Below are positions 46,308-62,816 of a DNA stretch of 64,000 nt, piece by piece. Source of the stretch: the human T2T-CHM13v2.0 reference genome, Homo sapiens. The position numbers were made by a program, and so were the translations under genes. Position 1 is the stretch's first letter, and each line of letters opens with the position of its first letter. Location of the stretch: assembly GCF_009914755.1 (NCBI RefSeq), contig NC_060942.1. One strand, written 5' to 3'. The notes beneath the pieces are model-generated. The model searched no databases and had not been told where the DNA came from. It saw only the letters and a list, made by a program, of their open reading frames with translations.

Positions 46308-46799
46308 GGCCAGACTTTTATGTGCAGAGCTGGGGATGGCAAATGTGACTTCCCTCACACACATTTGCCCCCTGCCTATCTGCCAGGGGTCAGTTTGGCT
46401 GTTTACCCAGGAGGAAAACAAAATGGGTTTGGGGAGCAGGTAGCACTGCCCATCACGCGCGTGAGGAAGGTCATTCTGAGCATTTTTCCCCCTAGAAGTA
46501 ATACACAGACTATTTTTATTTTTATTATTTTTTATTATTATACTTTAAGTTCTAGGGTACATGTGCACGACATGCAGGTGTGTTACGTATGTATACATGT
46601 GCCATGTTGGTGTGCTGCACCCATTAACTTGTCACTTACATTAGGTATTTCTCTTAATGCTATCCCTCCCCCTCCCCCACCCCATGTCAGGCCCCACTTT
46701 TGATGTTCCCCACCCTGTGTCCATGTGTTCTCATTGTTCAGTTCCCACCTATGAGTGAGAACATGCAGTGTTCTCACTGCATGAGAAATGTGCCACATT

Positions 46800-47105
<306 letters not shown>

Positions 47106-47171
47106 ATGTGCCACATTTTCTTAATCCAGTCTATCATTGATGGACATTTGGGTGGGTTCCAAGTCTTTGCC

Positions 47172-47473
47172 TTTTTTTTTTTTTTTTTTTTGAGATGGAG
47201 TCTTGCTATGTCACCCAGGCTGGAGTGCAGTGGCGTGATCTTGGCTCACTGCGAGCTCCACCTCCTGGGTTCACGCCATTCTGCTGCCTCAGCCTCCCCA
47301 GCAGCTGAGACTACAGGTGCATGCCGCCACACCCGGCTAATTTTTTTGTATTTTTAGTAGAGATGGGGTTTCACCATGTTAGCTAGGATGGTCTCGATCT
47401 CCTGACCTTGTGGTCCGCCCTCCTCGGCCTCCCAAAGTGCTGGGGTTACAGGTGTGAGCCACTGCGCCTGGCC
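47172..47473 (-). mobile_element. AluY-like within L1
   Basis: TSD AAGTCTTTGC. Confidence 0.97.
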
Positions 47474-48039
47474 AAGTCTTTGCTATTGTGAATAGTGCCG
47501 CAATAAACATATGTGTGCATGTGTCCTTATAGCAGCATGATTTATAATCCAGTAATGGGATGGCTGGGTCAAATGGTATTTCTAGTTCTAGATCCCTGAG
47601 GAATCGCCACACTGACTTCCACAATGGTTGAACTAGTTTACAGTCCCACCAACAGTGTAAAGTGTTCCTATTTCTCCACATCCTCTCCAGCACCTGTTGT
47701 TTCCTGACTTTTTAATGATCGCCATTCTAACTGGTGTGAGATGGTATCTCATTGTGGTTTTGATTTGCATTTCTCTGATGGCCAGTGATGATGAGCATTT
47801 TTCCATGTGTCTGTTGGCTGCATAAGTGTCTTCTTTTGAGAAGTGACACAGACGTATTTTTAAATTCACTTACTTTAGGGTTAGATAGGAAAACAGCTGT
47901 CTCCTTCCTAAGTCTCACTTTCCAGGGGCAAGGAGCCATTTCTTCTAGTATTTATCCCATGATTTCTAAATGCAAGACAAAGATGCAGCTCTCGTAACAC
48001 CGTCACTTTCTGTGTACTTTTCTGTCCTTTTTCCCACCA

Positions 48040-49033
48040 CTTTGAGTGTGTTTATTCCTCTACTTTGTGGGTGTTTATTCCTGTGCTTTGAGGGTGTTTA
48101 TTCCTCTGCTTTGAGGGTGTTTCTTCCTGTGCTTTGAGTGTGTTTCTTCCTGTGGTTTGAGTGTGTTTATTCCTATACTTTGAGTGTGTTTATTCCTTTG
48201 CTTTGAGTGTGTTTATTCCTATACTTTGAGTGTGTTTATTCCTGTACTTTGAGTGTGTTTATTCGTGTGCTTTGAGTGTGTTTATTCCTGTGGTTTGAGT
48301 GTGTTTCTTCCTATACTTTGAGTGTGTTTATTCCTGTGCTTTGAGTGTGTTTATTCCTGTGCTTTGAGGGTGTTTCTTCCTGTGCTTTGAGTGTGCTTAT
48401 TCCTGTGCTTTGAGTGTGTTTCTTCCTGTGCTTTGAGTGTGTTTATTCCTGTGCTTGGAGGGTGTTTCTTCCTGTGCTTTGAGTGTGTTTATTCCTATGC
48501 TTTTAGGGTGTTTATTCCAATGGTTTGAGTGTGTTTATTCCTGTGCTTTGAGTGTGTTTATTCCTGTGGTTTGAGTGTGTTTTTTCCTATACTTTGAGTG
48601 TGTTTCTTCCTATACTTTGAGTGTGTTTATTCCTGTGCTTTGAGTGTGTTTCTTCCTGTGCTTTGAGTGTGTTTCTTCCTGTGCTTTGAGTGTGTTTATT
48701 CCTATGCTTTTAGGGTGTTTATTCCAATGGTTTGAGTGTGTTTCTTCCTGTGCTTTGAGTGTGTTTATTCCTGTGCTTTCAGGGTGTTTATTCCTGTACT
48801 TTGAGTTTGTTTATTCCTATGCTTTGAGGATGTTTATTCCTATGCTTTGAGGGTGTTTGTTCCTGTGCTTTGAGTGTGTTTATTCCTGTGTTTTGAAGGT
48901 GTTGATTCCTATTCTTTGTGGATGTTTATTCCTTTGTTTTGAGGGTGTTTATTCCTATGCTTTGTGGATGTTCATTCCTGTGTTTTGAGGGTGTTTCTTC
49001 CTATGCTTTGAGGGTGTTTCTTCCTATGCTTTG
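48040..49033. repeat. Minisatellite, about 43 copies of a 23-bp unit
   Basis: Unit TTTGAGTGTGTTTATTCCTGTGC with point variants. Confidence 0.97.
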
Positions 49034-49326
49034 CCAGAGGGGTTTCCAGGAGACCTGCAGCCTCCACGAGGCTGGCAAGCTTGAATAGAGCCCTTTTCTA
49101 CTCTTAGGTTGAATCAACACTTCACTTGAAAATAAAGTTCCAGGTTGAAATCATGTCTTTTCAGAATTTGGAAGACATTGTTTCGTCGTTCTCTAGCATC
49201 TAATTTGTTTCTGTAAAGTCCAACGTCATTCTGACTGCTGACCTTGTTAAAGTAACCTGTGTTTTTCCTCTTTCTCTTTCTTTCTGGGAAACCCTAGGAC
49301 CCTACGTTTACCATCACCATTCTTAA

Positions 49327-49712
<386 letters not shown>

Positions 49713-50004
49713 TTGGTAGCTTCTTTTAATATTTTATGTCCTTTTATTTAGGGACTTTTCTGTAATTATTTATTTGGTGATTTTGTCCTCTCTATATATT
49801 TTTTTCTTTCTGGAAATTTTATTTATCAGCAGTTGAACACCCTGAATCGATCCTTTTTTCTTTTTTCTTTTGACAGGATCTCACTCTGTCCTTTTATTTG
49901 AGGGGCTTTTCTGGAATTATTTCTTTGATGATTTTTACTCTGTTTTTTTTTTCTTTCTGGAAATTTTATTTATCAGCAATTGGACACCCTGAATTGATCC
50001 TCTA

Positions 50005-50277
50005 TTTTTTTTTTTTGAGACGGGGTCTCACTCTGTCACCCAGGCTGGAGTGCAGTCGCATGATCTCATCTCACTGCAACATCCTGCCTCTGCTTCCCGA
50101 GCAGCTGGGATTGCAGGAGTGCACCACCACGCCCAGCTAATTTTTGTATTTTTAGTAGAGACAGGGTTTCACCATGTTGTCCAGGCTGGTCTCGAACTCC
50201 TGACCTCAAGTGATCCTCCTGCCTCCTCCTTCCAAAGTGCTGGGATTACAAGTGGGAGCCACTGTGCCCGGTCTGGT
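50005..50277 (-). mobile_element. AluS with internal deletion
   Basis: Reverse Alu lacking the CTCCCGGGTTCAAG segment. Confidence 0.93.
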
Positions 50278-50696
50278 CCTCTAATTTGGTCTTCTACTTT
50301 TATATCTGTTTTCTTGTTTTGCTTTTTGAGAGATTTCTTCAACCATACCTCCCAATATTTCTATTGAATTATTTTGTTTCTGTTTTCATATTTTAATTTC
50401 CAATAACTTTTTTATTCTTTAATATTCCCTTTATACAGTATCTTTTTCCTGTTTCATGGGTAAAATAGATTCTCCTGTCTTTACCAGGACATAAATTGTA
50501 GAATTTTTTCGAAGTACTCTTTTTCTCCTTATGCTTTTTTTTTTCTGAGTTCCTCATCTCTGTCTTGCTGAAATGTTTTTTCAGATATCTAGTAATATTT
50601 AATTGTCCGTGTTTAAGAAGAGTAAGTCGTGATTGGAAGAGGGAGAGTTAAAGCTGATGGAGGTTCTCTGGTGGACCCGTGGCTTGCATTCCAGGG

Positions 50697-51776
<1,080 letters not shown>

Positions 51777-52522
51777 TAAAAAACGGATGAGAGTCACAGG
51801 GAATGAAATGAGAAGGAAAATTTTTAAGAGAAAAGAAAATGGGAAAGAAAGACAGAATGGAAGGCAGGAAGTAAAATAACATTTAGATTTTAAGTTTTTC
51901 CGCTAAACACAGAGCCATGAAATGTTAAAACCTCTTTTACTTTACCCTTCATTCTCTCAACATAAAAAGCCAGTAAGAAATAAAGTAATAAATAGCATTG
52001 AGAGGTACATTTTGCCTTAGAGACTGGAGCTGAAATATAGAGAGGTTACTCTAATTCACTTTCTCTGTGTTTGCACTCAGAGGAAGCAAAAAAAAAATTG
52101 TACTAAATATGAAATACGACTTTCAGAGAACATTACTTCTGACAATAGCATTATTTTTGACAATATTGCAGAATCTTTTTTTTTCCTTCCCTGGGAAATT
52201 TTCAGGCGGCATCACACTGAGATCAGATGTAAAGTAATCACTGCTTCAGGGTGACATAAGTGTTAATCACTGCAGAGACATCTGCCAAGGTAGTGTTCTT
52301 ATTCCAGCCATTCCGGAGGAGCACAATGGTTTGATCGGAAAGGTTCCCGAATCAGGATTTAATGTCATCTTGACTAATTTTGTACAGTTAAAATGCCATG
52401 GGACTCTTTCAGAATTAAATAATTGATTTTTAAAGTGCTGTTCTTTAGGGAAAGAAGAGAAAATAATAATGTTCCAAAAACAAAGCATGGCATCACCCCA
52501 GCTGCCTCCTCCTCCCCATCTT

Positions 52523-52585
52523 CCTCTCTCTCTCGCTGTCTCTCTCTCTCACACAGACACACAGACACACACACACACACACACA
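52523..52585. repeat. (CT)n/(CA)n compound microsatellite
   Basis: Directly visible. Confidence 0.9.
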
Positions 52586-54037
52586 TGCCTCCAAACTGGC
52601 TGTCTTTCCATTGCACAAAATTGTATTGCTCGATTTACAGTTGAGCTAACCTCAAATGTAGTCCATTCAGAACCTGACAGTATGGAGGAGTATTCAAGCC
52701 AGAAGGTCGGAAACAGGACTCCCCCAGTGCCCATGGTGGCCTGAGCGAGCCTGGAGATACTTCACAGTGGCAGGGGCTGAAGGAGAGAAGGGAGAGCTGC
52801 GTGAAGCTGGGGAAGGCCTGCCCGCTGTGTGGCAGGTGCATGGCACTGTCATGGCGTTCAGGAGTCCTTGGTTGTGGGTGAAAAAGTGAAGGACTTCAGC
52901 TTGACCTTGGGGTCGACCAGCTGTGGTCAGACAAGGTGAGAGTGGGAGCGAACTCATTAAACTCTTGGCCCCACTCCACGGGAAAAGCAATGTCCCAGTC
53001 CCTGCTAAGTAGGTAAGACCTGAGAAGCAGAGAGACTAAGTGACTTGCTTGCAGTCACCCTACACGGTGATAGAGTTTGCGCCCAGACAGTGTGGCTCTA
53101 GAGTCCAGAGACATCTCAAATGGGATGAGAGTCACAAGCTTTGTGCAGTTAGATGAAGTGAAAACAAAAATCCTTAAAGCTGAAAAGGTAGGAGGCAGGA
53201 GGAGAGAGCGTCTTCATTGGGGTAGAGCTGCAGCCTCTGAAGACTCCGGGACCTACATAGGATTCAACCTGGTCATGGGTTCTGGATCTGAGCCCCTAAA
53301 CAGCTGCTTGTCTTTGGGAAGTCACTGGGCGCTCTGGATCTGCGCCCTCATCTGCAGCGTGAAGAAGTTGAACCCAACGATCTCCACGGTCTTTTTCCAT
53401 GAGAAAATCCTAGAGTTCTAATATGCTCATCATCTGTGGAATTCGCTGTGATCTGTTCTTCTTTTAAAATTATTTTCTGTCAAACAGAACACAAACTTTT
53501 TTCAAGAGTGAAAGCGCTGTCTGAGGCCAGGTTATATCACTTACGGGGCTGTTTCCTCTTTGGTTTCTTCAATACACTTAATAGGAAGTGTGCACATTTT
53601 AAACTTGGCCTCCTTCCTTTGCCCCTATATTCAACCCATCACCAAGTCTTGTAACTTCTACCGGCCTCCACCCCTAAATATCTAAATCTGCCTACATCTA
53701 CTCATTCTCACAGCCACCACTCTTGTCTCAGCACCTGCCGGTTTGGGAGCTGCGTTGGCTGCCAGTTAGTCTTTACGCTTTCATGCCTGACCCCTCAAAC
53801 CACAAGACCGTAATAGCCAGAGTGGGTGCTTCCTGAGCAGCCATGAAGCCATGTGATTCCCTGGCTCACACTCATAGCGACTCCTCAGTGCATGGCCGTA
53901 ACACCAATCCCTAACTTCGAAGGCTCTCTAGGAACGGCTCTCTCCTTTCCTGGCTTGGTGCAATATACTCCTGCCCCGTGGAGAATTCTGATTCTCAAAC
54001 ATTCCATCCTTTCCTACCCTTTGAGCTTCCCCCAACT

Positions 54038-55640
54038 TTGTTTTCATTGAAGTAAAATTCACATAACATAAAATTAACCATCTTAAACTGTGCAATTCAG
54101 TGGCACTAAGTAGATATACAATACTGTACAACCTTCACCACGGCCTAGTTGTAGAACCTTTTCATCACTGCAAATAGAAACCCCATACCCATGAAGCAGT
54201 CACGCCCCATTCTCCCCTCCCACCAACCCCTGGCAACCACAATTCTGCCTTCTGTCCCTGTGGATTAACCTCTCCTGGATATTCCATATGAATGGAATCA
54301 CAATACGTGACCTTTTGTGTCTGGCTTCTTTCAGTTAGCATACTGTTTTCAGGGTTCATCTGCATTGCTGCATATATCCAACTTTATTCCTTTTTAGGGG
54401 TGAATAATATTCCATTGTAGGGATATTTCACATTTTGTTTATTCATTCATCAGTCAATGACATTTGGCCAGTTCCTACCTTTCAGCTATTGTGAATAGTG
54501 CTCCTATGAACATTTGTGTGTAAGTTTCTGTTTAAGTACTTGTTTTCAGTTTATTTAGATATATGCCTAGGAGTACAATTGCTGAGTCATATGGTAATTC
54601 TATGTTTACATTTTGAGGAAATACCAAACTGTATTCTATAGTAGCTGCACCATTTTGCATTTCCACCAGAGAGGGTGCCAATTTCTACACATCCTGACTT
54701 TATTTTCTCTGTTTTTTATTACAGCCATCTGAGTATGAAGTGGTACTTCACTATAGTTTTGATTTACGTTTCCTTAGTGAATAAGGAAATATTTGTCATC
54801 TTTTCATATGCTTATTTGCCATCCTCTGTCTTCTTTGGAGAACTGGCTGTTTAAGTCCTTTGCCCATTTTTTAGTTGAGTTTTTTGTCTTATTGTTGAGT
54901 TGAAAGTGCTCTTTATATAGTCTAGACATTAGATCCTTATCAGATATATGATTTGCATATATTTTCTCCCATTTTATATGTTGTCTTCATTTTCTTGATA
55001 ATGTCCTTTGATGTACAAAAATTTTATATTTTGATCAAACCTAATTTATCGATTTTTTCTTTTCTTGTTCCTGCTTTTGGTGTCATATCTAAGAATTCAT
55101 GCCAAATCTAAGATCATGAAGATGTACCCCTATATTTTCCTCTGAGTTTTGTACACTCATGGTTAGGCCATTGACCCATTTTGAGTGAATTGTTGTTCAT
55201 GGTGTGAGGTAGAGTTCCAAGTTCATTATTTTGCATGTGGGTGTCTAATCATCCAAGCACCGTTTGTTGAAGACATTATTATTTCTCCATGGAATAGTCT
55301 TGGTACCCTGGTGGAAAGTCAGTTGACCATAGATGATGGGTTTATTTCTGGATTCTCGGTTTTATAACATTGATCTATGTCTGTCCTTATGCCAGTGACA
55401 CACTCTTTTGATTGCTTTAGCTTTATAGCAAGTTTTGAAATCAAGAAGTATGAGTCCTCCAATTCACTCTTTTCAAGGTTCTTTTTTTGGCTGTTTGTGA
55501 TTCCTTGTAATTTCATATGAGTTTTAGGATCAGCGTTTCCATTTCTTCAGAAAAGGCCACAGTGATATTGATAGGGATTTCGTGGAACGTGTAGATTACT
55601 CTGGTGATCTTAGCATGGTAACAATACTAAGTCTTCCAAC
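54038..55640 (-). mobile_element. L1MB-like 3' end
   Basis: TTGAAGTAAAATTCACATAACATAAAATTAACCAT.., CCCTGGCAACCAC, reverse ORF2 3' sequence. Confidence 0.88.
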
Positions 55641-55699
55641 TCCCCCCCATTTTTGCAATAGTTGCCTCCTTTTCACTTAAATCGTAGCTCCACTGTCTC

Positions 55700-55935
55700 T
55701 TCCTCAGAGACGTCTTCACTGAACAATCACCTGCCATACCTAATTGTATTTTCATACTTTGTACGGTGCTTACCCCTGTCCTTTTATTCATGTTGGCTAG
55801 TTGCTTTGCTTTGTCTCTCTGTCCTGGAATAGAAGCTCCTCGATGGCAGAGGTATGTCAGTTTGCTCACTGCTTTACCATAGGCATGTGGAACCAGGCTG
55901 GCACCTTGTAGACACTTGACAATTTGTGATGATGA
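55700..55935 (+). mobile_element. L2 3' end fragment
   Basis: TAGAAGCTCCTCGATGGCAGAGG..TTGCTCACTGCT..CTGGCACCTTGTAGACACTTGACAATTTG. Confidence 0.6.
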
Positions 55936-56246
55936 AGAAATGAGCCAATGAAAGCTAGCTAGGGGGGTGGGGCAAGTGAGCCAAGGAGCAGAGCTGGAGG
56001 AGTCCACTGTCCTCACCACAGAATGAGACACATGGACACATGCTATTGACATGTGACTCCGCAGAAAAGCCTTTTTCTCTCCTACTGCTCTGATCTGCAT
56101 GTCCAAGCATTAGCTGTAAGAAAAGTAGACAGAATTGATATTTGTAGTTGTTGAGAATTCACAAAAGGTACCAAATTGTTATTATATATTTGCGTTCCTT
56201 TCTATTTTGTTCTAACGGTATCATCTCCATTTACCTATTGATGCTA

Positions 56247-56700
56247 TGTGTCTCTGTCTGTGAGTGCTGCTGTAACAAAACACCCCAGACAAGGTAATTT
56301 ATAAAAGGCAGAATTTTTACTATTATGTCTTTTCTGGAGACAGAGTCTCACTGTTGCCCAAGCTGTAGTGCAGTAGTGCGATAGTAGCTCACTGCAACCC
56401 CAATTCCTGGGATCAAGTAACCCTCCCACCTGAGCCTTCCAAGTACAGGTGAGTGCGAGCCGTTACACCCGGCTAATTTTTTTATCTTTTGTAAAAATGA
56501 TGTCTCACTATGTTGCACAGGCTGGCCTTGAACTCTTAGCCTCTAGCAATCTTCCCACCTCAGCCTCCCAAAATGTTGGCCTTACATGCATGAGCCACTG
56601 TGCCTGGCCCCAAATTTATTTCTCACAGTTCTGGGATCTGGAGGTCCAAGAGGAAGGTGCCAGCAGGTTCAGTGTCTTGTGAGGGCTTTGTCTCCATTTC
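56247..56700 (-). mobile_element. MaLR LTR fragment containing an AluJ (56328-56609, minus)
   Basis: GCTGCTGTAACAAAACACC..GGTAATTTATAAA [Alu] AAATTTATTTCTCACAGTTCTGG..GTCCAAG..AAGGTGCCAGCAG. Confidence 0.8.
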
Positions 56701-59210
56701 CAAGATTGTGGAAATTGCACAAAGAGCACCTCTGTGGAAGGTCCACAATCTGCCGGATGCAACACATTTGGAGTCAGGAAGATGCTGGAGAACTGAGTAC
56801 CGGCCTTACCCGACATTGGTGATGGTGGCAGAGAGCCCCGCACCCCTGGAGGTGTTTGTAGTAAATCTGAAAGATCAGGAAAAGCAATTAATCTATGAAT
56901 GGAGGTTGATGCGGTTTTGAATCTGGGGCCACATTCTGGGCCTGATTCTTTCAGTTGTGTGCCCGGGAGAACAAACAGCATCAATGGCCCCCAGCCTGAC
57001 TCTGACAGTGTGTGTTAAATTCAGGGACGGAGGAGACTTGGCTGGCTGTGGGGAGCTGCTCCCCATGCTGCCCACCGCGGCTGCCTCTGACGTGGTGCTC
57101 AGCACTGCAGGTGCGCAGCATGGCGACCCCTTCCTGTGTCTCTGGTTACCTTTCGGCACCATGTTGGTCCCACCCGCTCCACAGGGATTTTTCTCAAGAG
57201 AAATTGCTTCCCTTGGGGCTAGATTACCATGACTGGAGAAAAGCATTTTCTTTACTCTTTTGCCCAGTGCACTGGTCAATACAGGGCGAAAGGGAAAAGG
57301 GGAGAGTGTGTTTTGACACAGGGCAGCATAAAGAGCCACTCCCAGAGAACTAGTCTCTTCACTTGCAGCCCGGCCACGGGTTATGATGGAGAACACACTG
57401 GAAGAATGAGGGCCACTTCTTCATTGCGTCAGTCACTTAAATGTCTTCTCTGTGAATGAACATACCTTAGTTCTACTGGAAAAATAACACATTTTTAAAA
57501 TGCATATCCTTTTTGTAGATGTTATAAAATAATTTGAGTGGGAATGAAAATGTATGGCTTTCTCTTTTAAAAGGGGTCAGACTGTCGACCTCCAAGGAGG
57601 GTAAGATACTTTCCTTCGTGCTTGTAAACTTCCCTTTTCTTCCTGTTCTCTGTTGCGCTCAATCTGCCCATCCATTCTCTCTGCATTCAGCCTCCATTTA
57701 ATTATTAACCAGTGGAGACCCTGGTTAAATAATGTGTGGGGAAAGGAACCTTTGAAGGCTCTTTTTGAGGCACTAAGTCCGGTTTAAGGAGGATTAGTGA
57801 TTCACTGATTTAATTACCACGCACAAATTGTTCTTTTCTGGATGCATAACTGAAACATTGTCTTCGAACTCCAAGAGGAAATTGCCTGTGATATGTAGAT
57901 GAAAATGAAAAGCAGGCTTCTACCCAGGACGTTATGAGAGCTCATGATGAATTTGAATCTGTGCACAATAGAACCCTTTCACACTTCAGGGCGATTGAAA
58001 TGTCAAATAATTCTTAAAGTATAATGTGTGGCTTGTTAATCCCTGCAAAAGGCTTAGTGCTCTTTGTGCAATGAGGAAGACGGAATTGGAGCAGGGTGAC
58101 AGTGAGAGGGGACATTTGTTCAGTAGAGTCCTTTGCTGTTGGCTCCTCCTGCCTCCACGTTCGCCCTTGTGCCCCGGGAGGATTCTGGGAGACACGCAGC
58201 CCGCCCCAAGCGTATTTCAAGGGCAGTGGTGAAAAAAGGAAGAGAGTTCAGGGCCTTCAAGGGTCGGACATTTTCCATCAAGTTTATCATCAGAGATGAT
58301 AAAGTAGTTTGAAAGAGTTAATGATTAATCGCTTTAGCAATGTTCCTAATGACTGATATATAAAATGCTCTCACAGATCAATAAGAAAAAGGCAAACCCA
58401 TCACCCCACTTCCAGAGAAAAGTGTTAAGGATCCAAACAAGTGTTCACAAATGAAAAAACTCAAAAGGCCAATGAACTAATAGAATACGTCCAACTTAAA
58501 AGTTGCTAAAGAAATGTGAAGTAAAAATATGGTTAAAATGTGCCTTTTTGGCTGCACAAGATGGCAAGAATTTTTTTTCCTCCCGAGTGGTAATGCTTAG
58601 TGTTAGTAAAAATTTGGGAAACTGACAACCTTCTGTACTGTTCGCGGGGTAGAATCGGGGGTGTCACTTTCTGCAGTGTGAGTCTCACTCATCTTGGTAG
58701 ACAAACCCTTGGCCTCACAAATCTCACATCCACACATTTACCCTTTTCCCTCAGGAGAAGCTGTGCATCTCTATAAATCCGTGTGTGTCACGTCATCACG
58801 ACGCTTTCCACAGCCAAGGAATTGGAAATTACCTAAATGGCAGATCAAAGGGATGTGGCAGAAACCGCTAGCTGTTCCCTACTTCTGTTCTCTCTTCCTC
58901 CACAGCAATAGAACTAAGTTAGGTTCACTTGTTTGTTTTTCTTACTGGAGTCATGTGCACCAGCTTGAGTTCATCGTTACCCTTGCTTCACAATCAATCA
59001 TCATGCTTAGCCCAGGTGTGGCCCTTTTTACAGACATGTTCCTTTGTAAAAACGTAATGCGCACCTGTGAACCCACGACCCAGCGTGAAAACCAGAACTT
59101 GGCAATAACTGTGTCTACTTGCGTGTCTTCCCCACGCTGTGTGCTGCCTCTCTGCCACCTCCGGACTGCCCGGACCCTGGACTGTTCTTTCCCTTGTGTT
59201 CCTTTTGACA

Positions 59211-59372
59211 GTAGTGTTGTGTAGAGCAGTGTAGAGTAGTGTAGGGTAGGGTAGTGTGGTGTAGTGTAGGGTAGAGAAGGGTAGCATGCAGTAGTGTAGA
59301 GTAGGGTAGTGTAGTGTAGGATAGTGTAGGGTAGTGTTGTGTAAGGTAGTATAGGGTAGTGTAGTATAGTAT
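59211..59372. repeat. Degenerate pentanucleotide repeat (GTAGT/GTAGG/GTAGA)n
   Basis: Directly visible 5-bp periodicity. Confidence 0.88.
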
Positions 59373-59475
59373 GTGTTATGTGTATACATTCCAGAAAGAA
59401 TGTCTAATTGATAACTTTTAACTCTGCAAAAAAAAGTTAACCTCATACTGTGTGTCATCTTTGAAATTTATTTTG

Positions 59476-59781
<306 letters not shown>

Positions 59782-60022
59782 TTATTTGCTGAATATGTAT
59801 TGCCCATATTCATCCATATTGTTGCATGTTACTGTAATTTCTCCATTTGGGCTGCTTTTATGTTTTGATTAAATCATAATTTATGTTTCTACTTTTCTAT
59901 TAATGGACATTTGAAATGTTTCCAGGTTTTTGCTCCTGAGAACAGAACTGCTATTCAAGCATGCATTGCACATTCTTGTATACATCTGCTGCTGTACATT
60001 TGCAAGTTTCTTTTTGGAGTGT

Positions 60023-60797
<775 letters not shown>

Positions 60798-61219
60798 CTC
60801 TACACAAAGAAAGGAAATTGCTAGGTCATAAGGTTTGTGAATATTTAAGAGTAATGCTACATTATTGTCCAATGAGATTGCATCAATTTATGCCCAACTT
60901 GGTTAAGTTTAAAAAACATTTTCAAAGCAAAGCATTTTGAAATAAGTTTACTCTTTACAAATAACAGAAATACGACTTTACGATTCCTTTGGATTTTACA
61001 TTTATTTGAAAACCCTTTTCCTTCTTTAAATTGTTGTACTTAAAATAGGGTTGACAGAATGGGCCCAGGTGAATGGTGAGACACCTGAGGGCTATCCATA
61101 CCTGGAATACTACTCAGCAGTACTAAGGACAAACTAATGATACGTGTGACAACTTGGGTCAGTAACCAGGGAATTACGCTAGCTGGAAAAAGCCAATACC
61201 AAAAGTTATATACAGATGA

Positions 61220-61568
<349 letters not shown>

Positions 61569-61734
61569 TATGTAACATTTTCAAACTGATAAAATTTTAG
61601 AAATGGAGGAAGATTAGTGGTTTCCAGGGCTTAGGAATGTGGGTGGGGAAGTGAGTATGGCCATAAAACACCAACGCCAGGATCGCCATGCTACTGGAGT
61701 TGTTCAGCATCATGGCTGTGGTTGGTGGATGCAC

Positions 61735-62044
61735 AATTGACAGTCCTCGCTTGGCACCCACAGGGCATGGGTTCCAGGACTCCCCACCATGGGTACCAAT
61801 ATCTGAGGATGCTGAAGTTCCTTATAGAAAAATGGAGCAGTGTTTACCTATAATCTGTACACCTTCTCCTGTATACTTAAATCATCTCTATATTACGTAT
61901 AATACTGAATATAATGTAAATGCCATGTAAATTGTTGTTATACTATATTGTTTATTTGTACTTTTATTTTTTAAAAATATTTTCCATCAGTGGTTGGTTG
62001 AATCTAAGGATGTGAAACCTGTGCATACAGAGGGCTAACTTCTA
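61735..62044. mobile_element. MER2 (Tigger-derived MITE)
   Basis: GGTTCCAGGAC..GGATGCTGAAGTTCCTTATA..GGTTGGTTGAATC..GATGTGAAACC..ATACAGAGGGC. Confidence 0.8.
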
Positions 62045-62301
62045 TACAGAAGGTAAAATTATATAGAACTGAATATACACATACACATACGCACACATGA
62101 ATACAAATAAAATCGGGAAATATGAATAAGATCGGTGCATTGCACTAACATTAACGTCCTGGTTGTGATACTGTACTATAGTTTTGCAAAATGTTACCAT
62201 TGGGTGAAGCTGAGCAAAATGTATGGTGATTTCTCTGTATTATTCTTACAAATGCATGTGAATCTGCAATTATCTCAATAAATTTTTTAATTAAAAAAAT
62301 G

Positions 62302-62482
62302 GTGTTACCAGATTTAGCAAGTAAAAATACAAGATGGACAGTTAAATGTCAGAGGAACAACACATTTTTTAGCATAAATGTGTCCCAAATATTGTGTGGG
62401 GCATACTTCACTTTAGATATTATTGTCATTTATCTGACCTTGAAATTTAACTGGGCATTCTGCATTTTTATCTGGCAACCTT
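62302..62482. mobile_element. MER53 palindromic MITE
   Basis: TIRs GTTACCAGAT / ATCTGGCAAC and internal inverted CAGTTAAAT / ATTTAACTG. Confidence 0.75.
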
Positions 62483-62816
62483 AAATCAAGAAAAGAGATA
62501 GCACTGATATGTCAGCAGGAGCTCGCCCCCAAGCCGGCCCCACAACGTGGGACCACATCGGTGTCTGGGCCTCAGCTTTGCAGGTCCAGCAGCCTGACTT
62601 TTCTCGTAGACCCTGACGTGAACAGCTCAGTGTTCTGAGTCGCACACATAAACCAGAATCCTAGTTTATAATTTGTGACAGGAAGCAAGACTTCTAAGCA
62701 AATGAGAAAAACTTATATTTGGTCATTTTGCCATTTCTCTTCTGCACTGGAAACCTATGAATGTTTAACTAGATGGTTTCCTGGTGATCCAGTCCTTAAT
62801 TTATTCCCGAAACCTT

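Noticed and set aside
48040-49033. Repeat arrays (also 23540-23869 and 62980-63288) as possible CRISPR arrays
   Set aside because: Units are head-to-tail without unique spacers, there are no cas genes and the DNA is primate.
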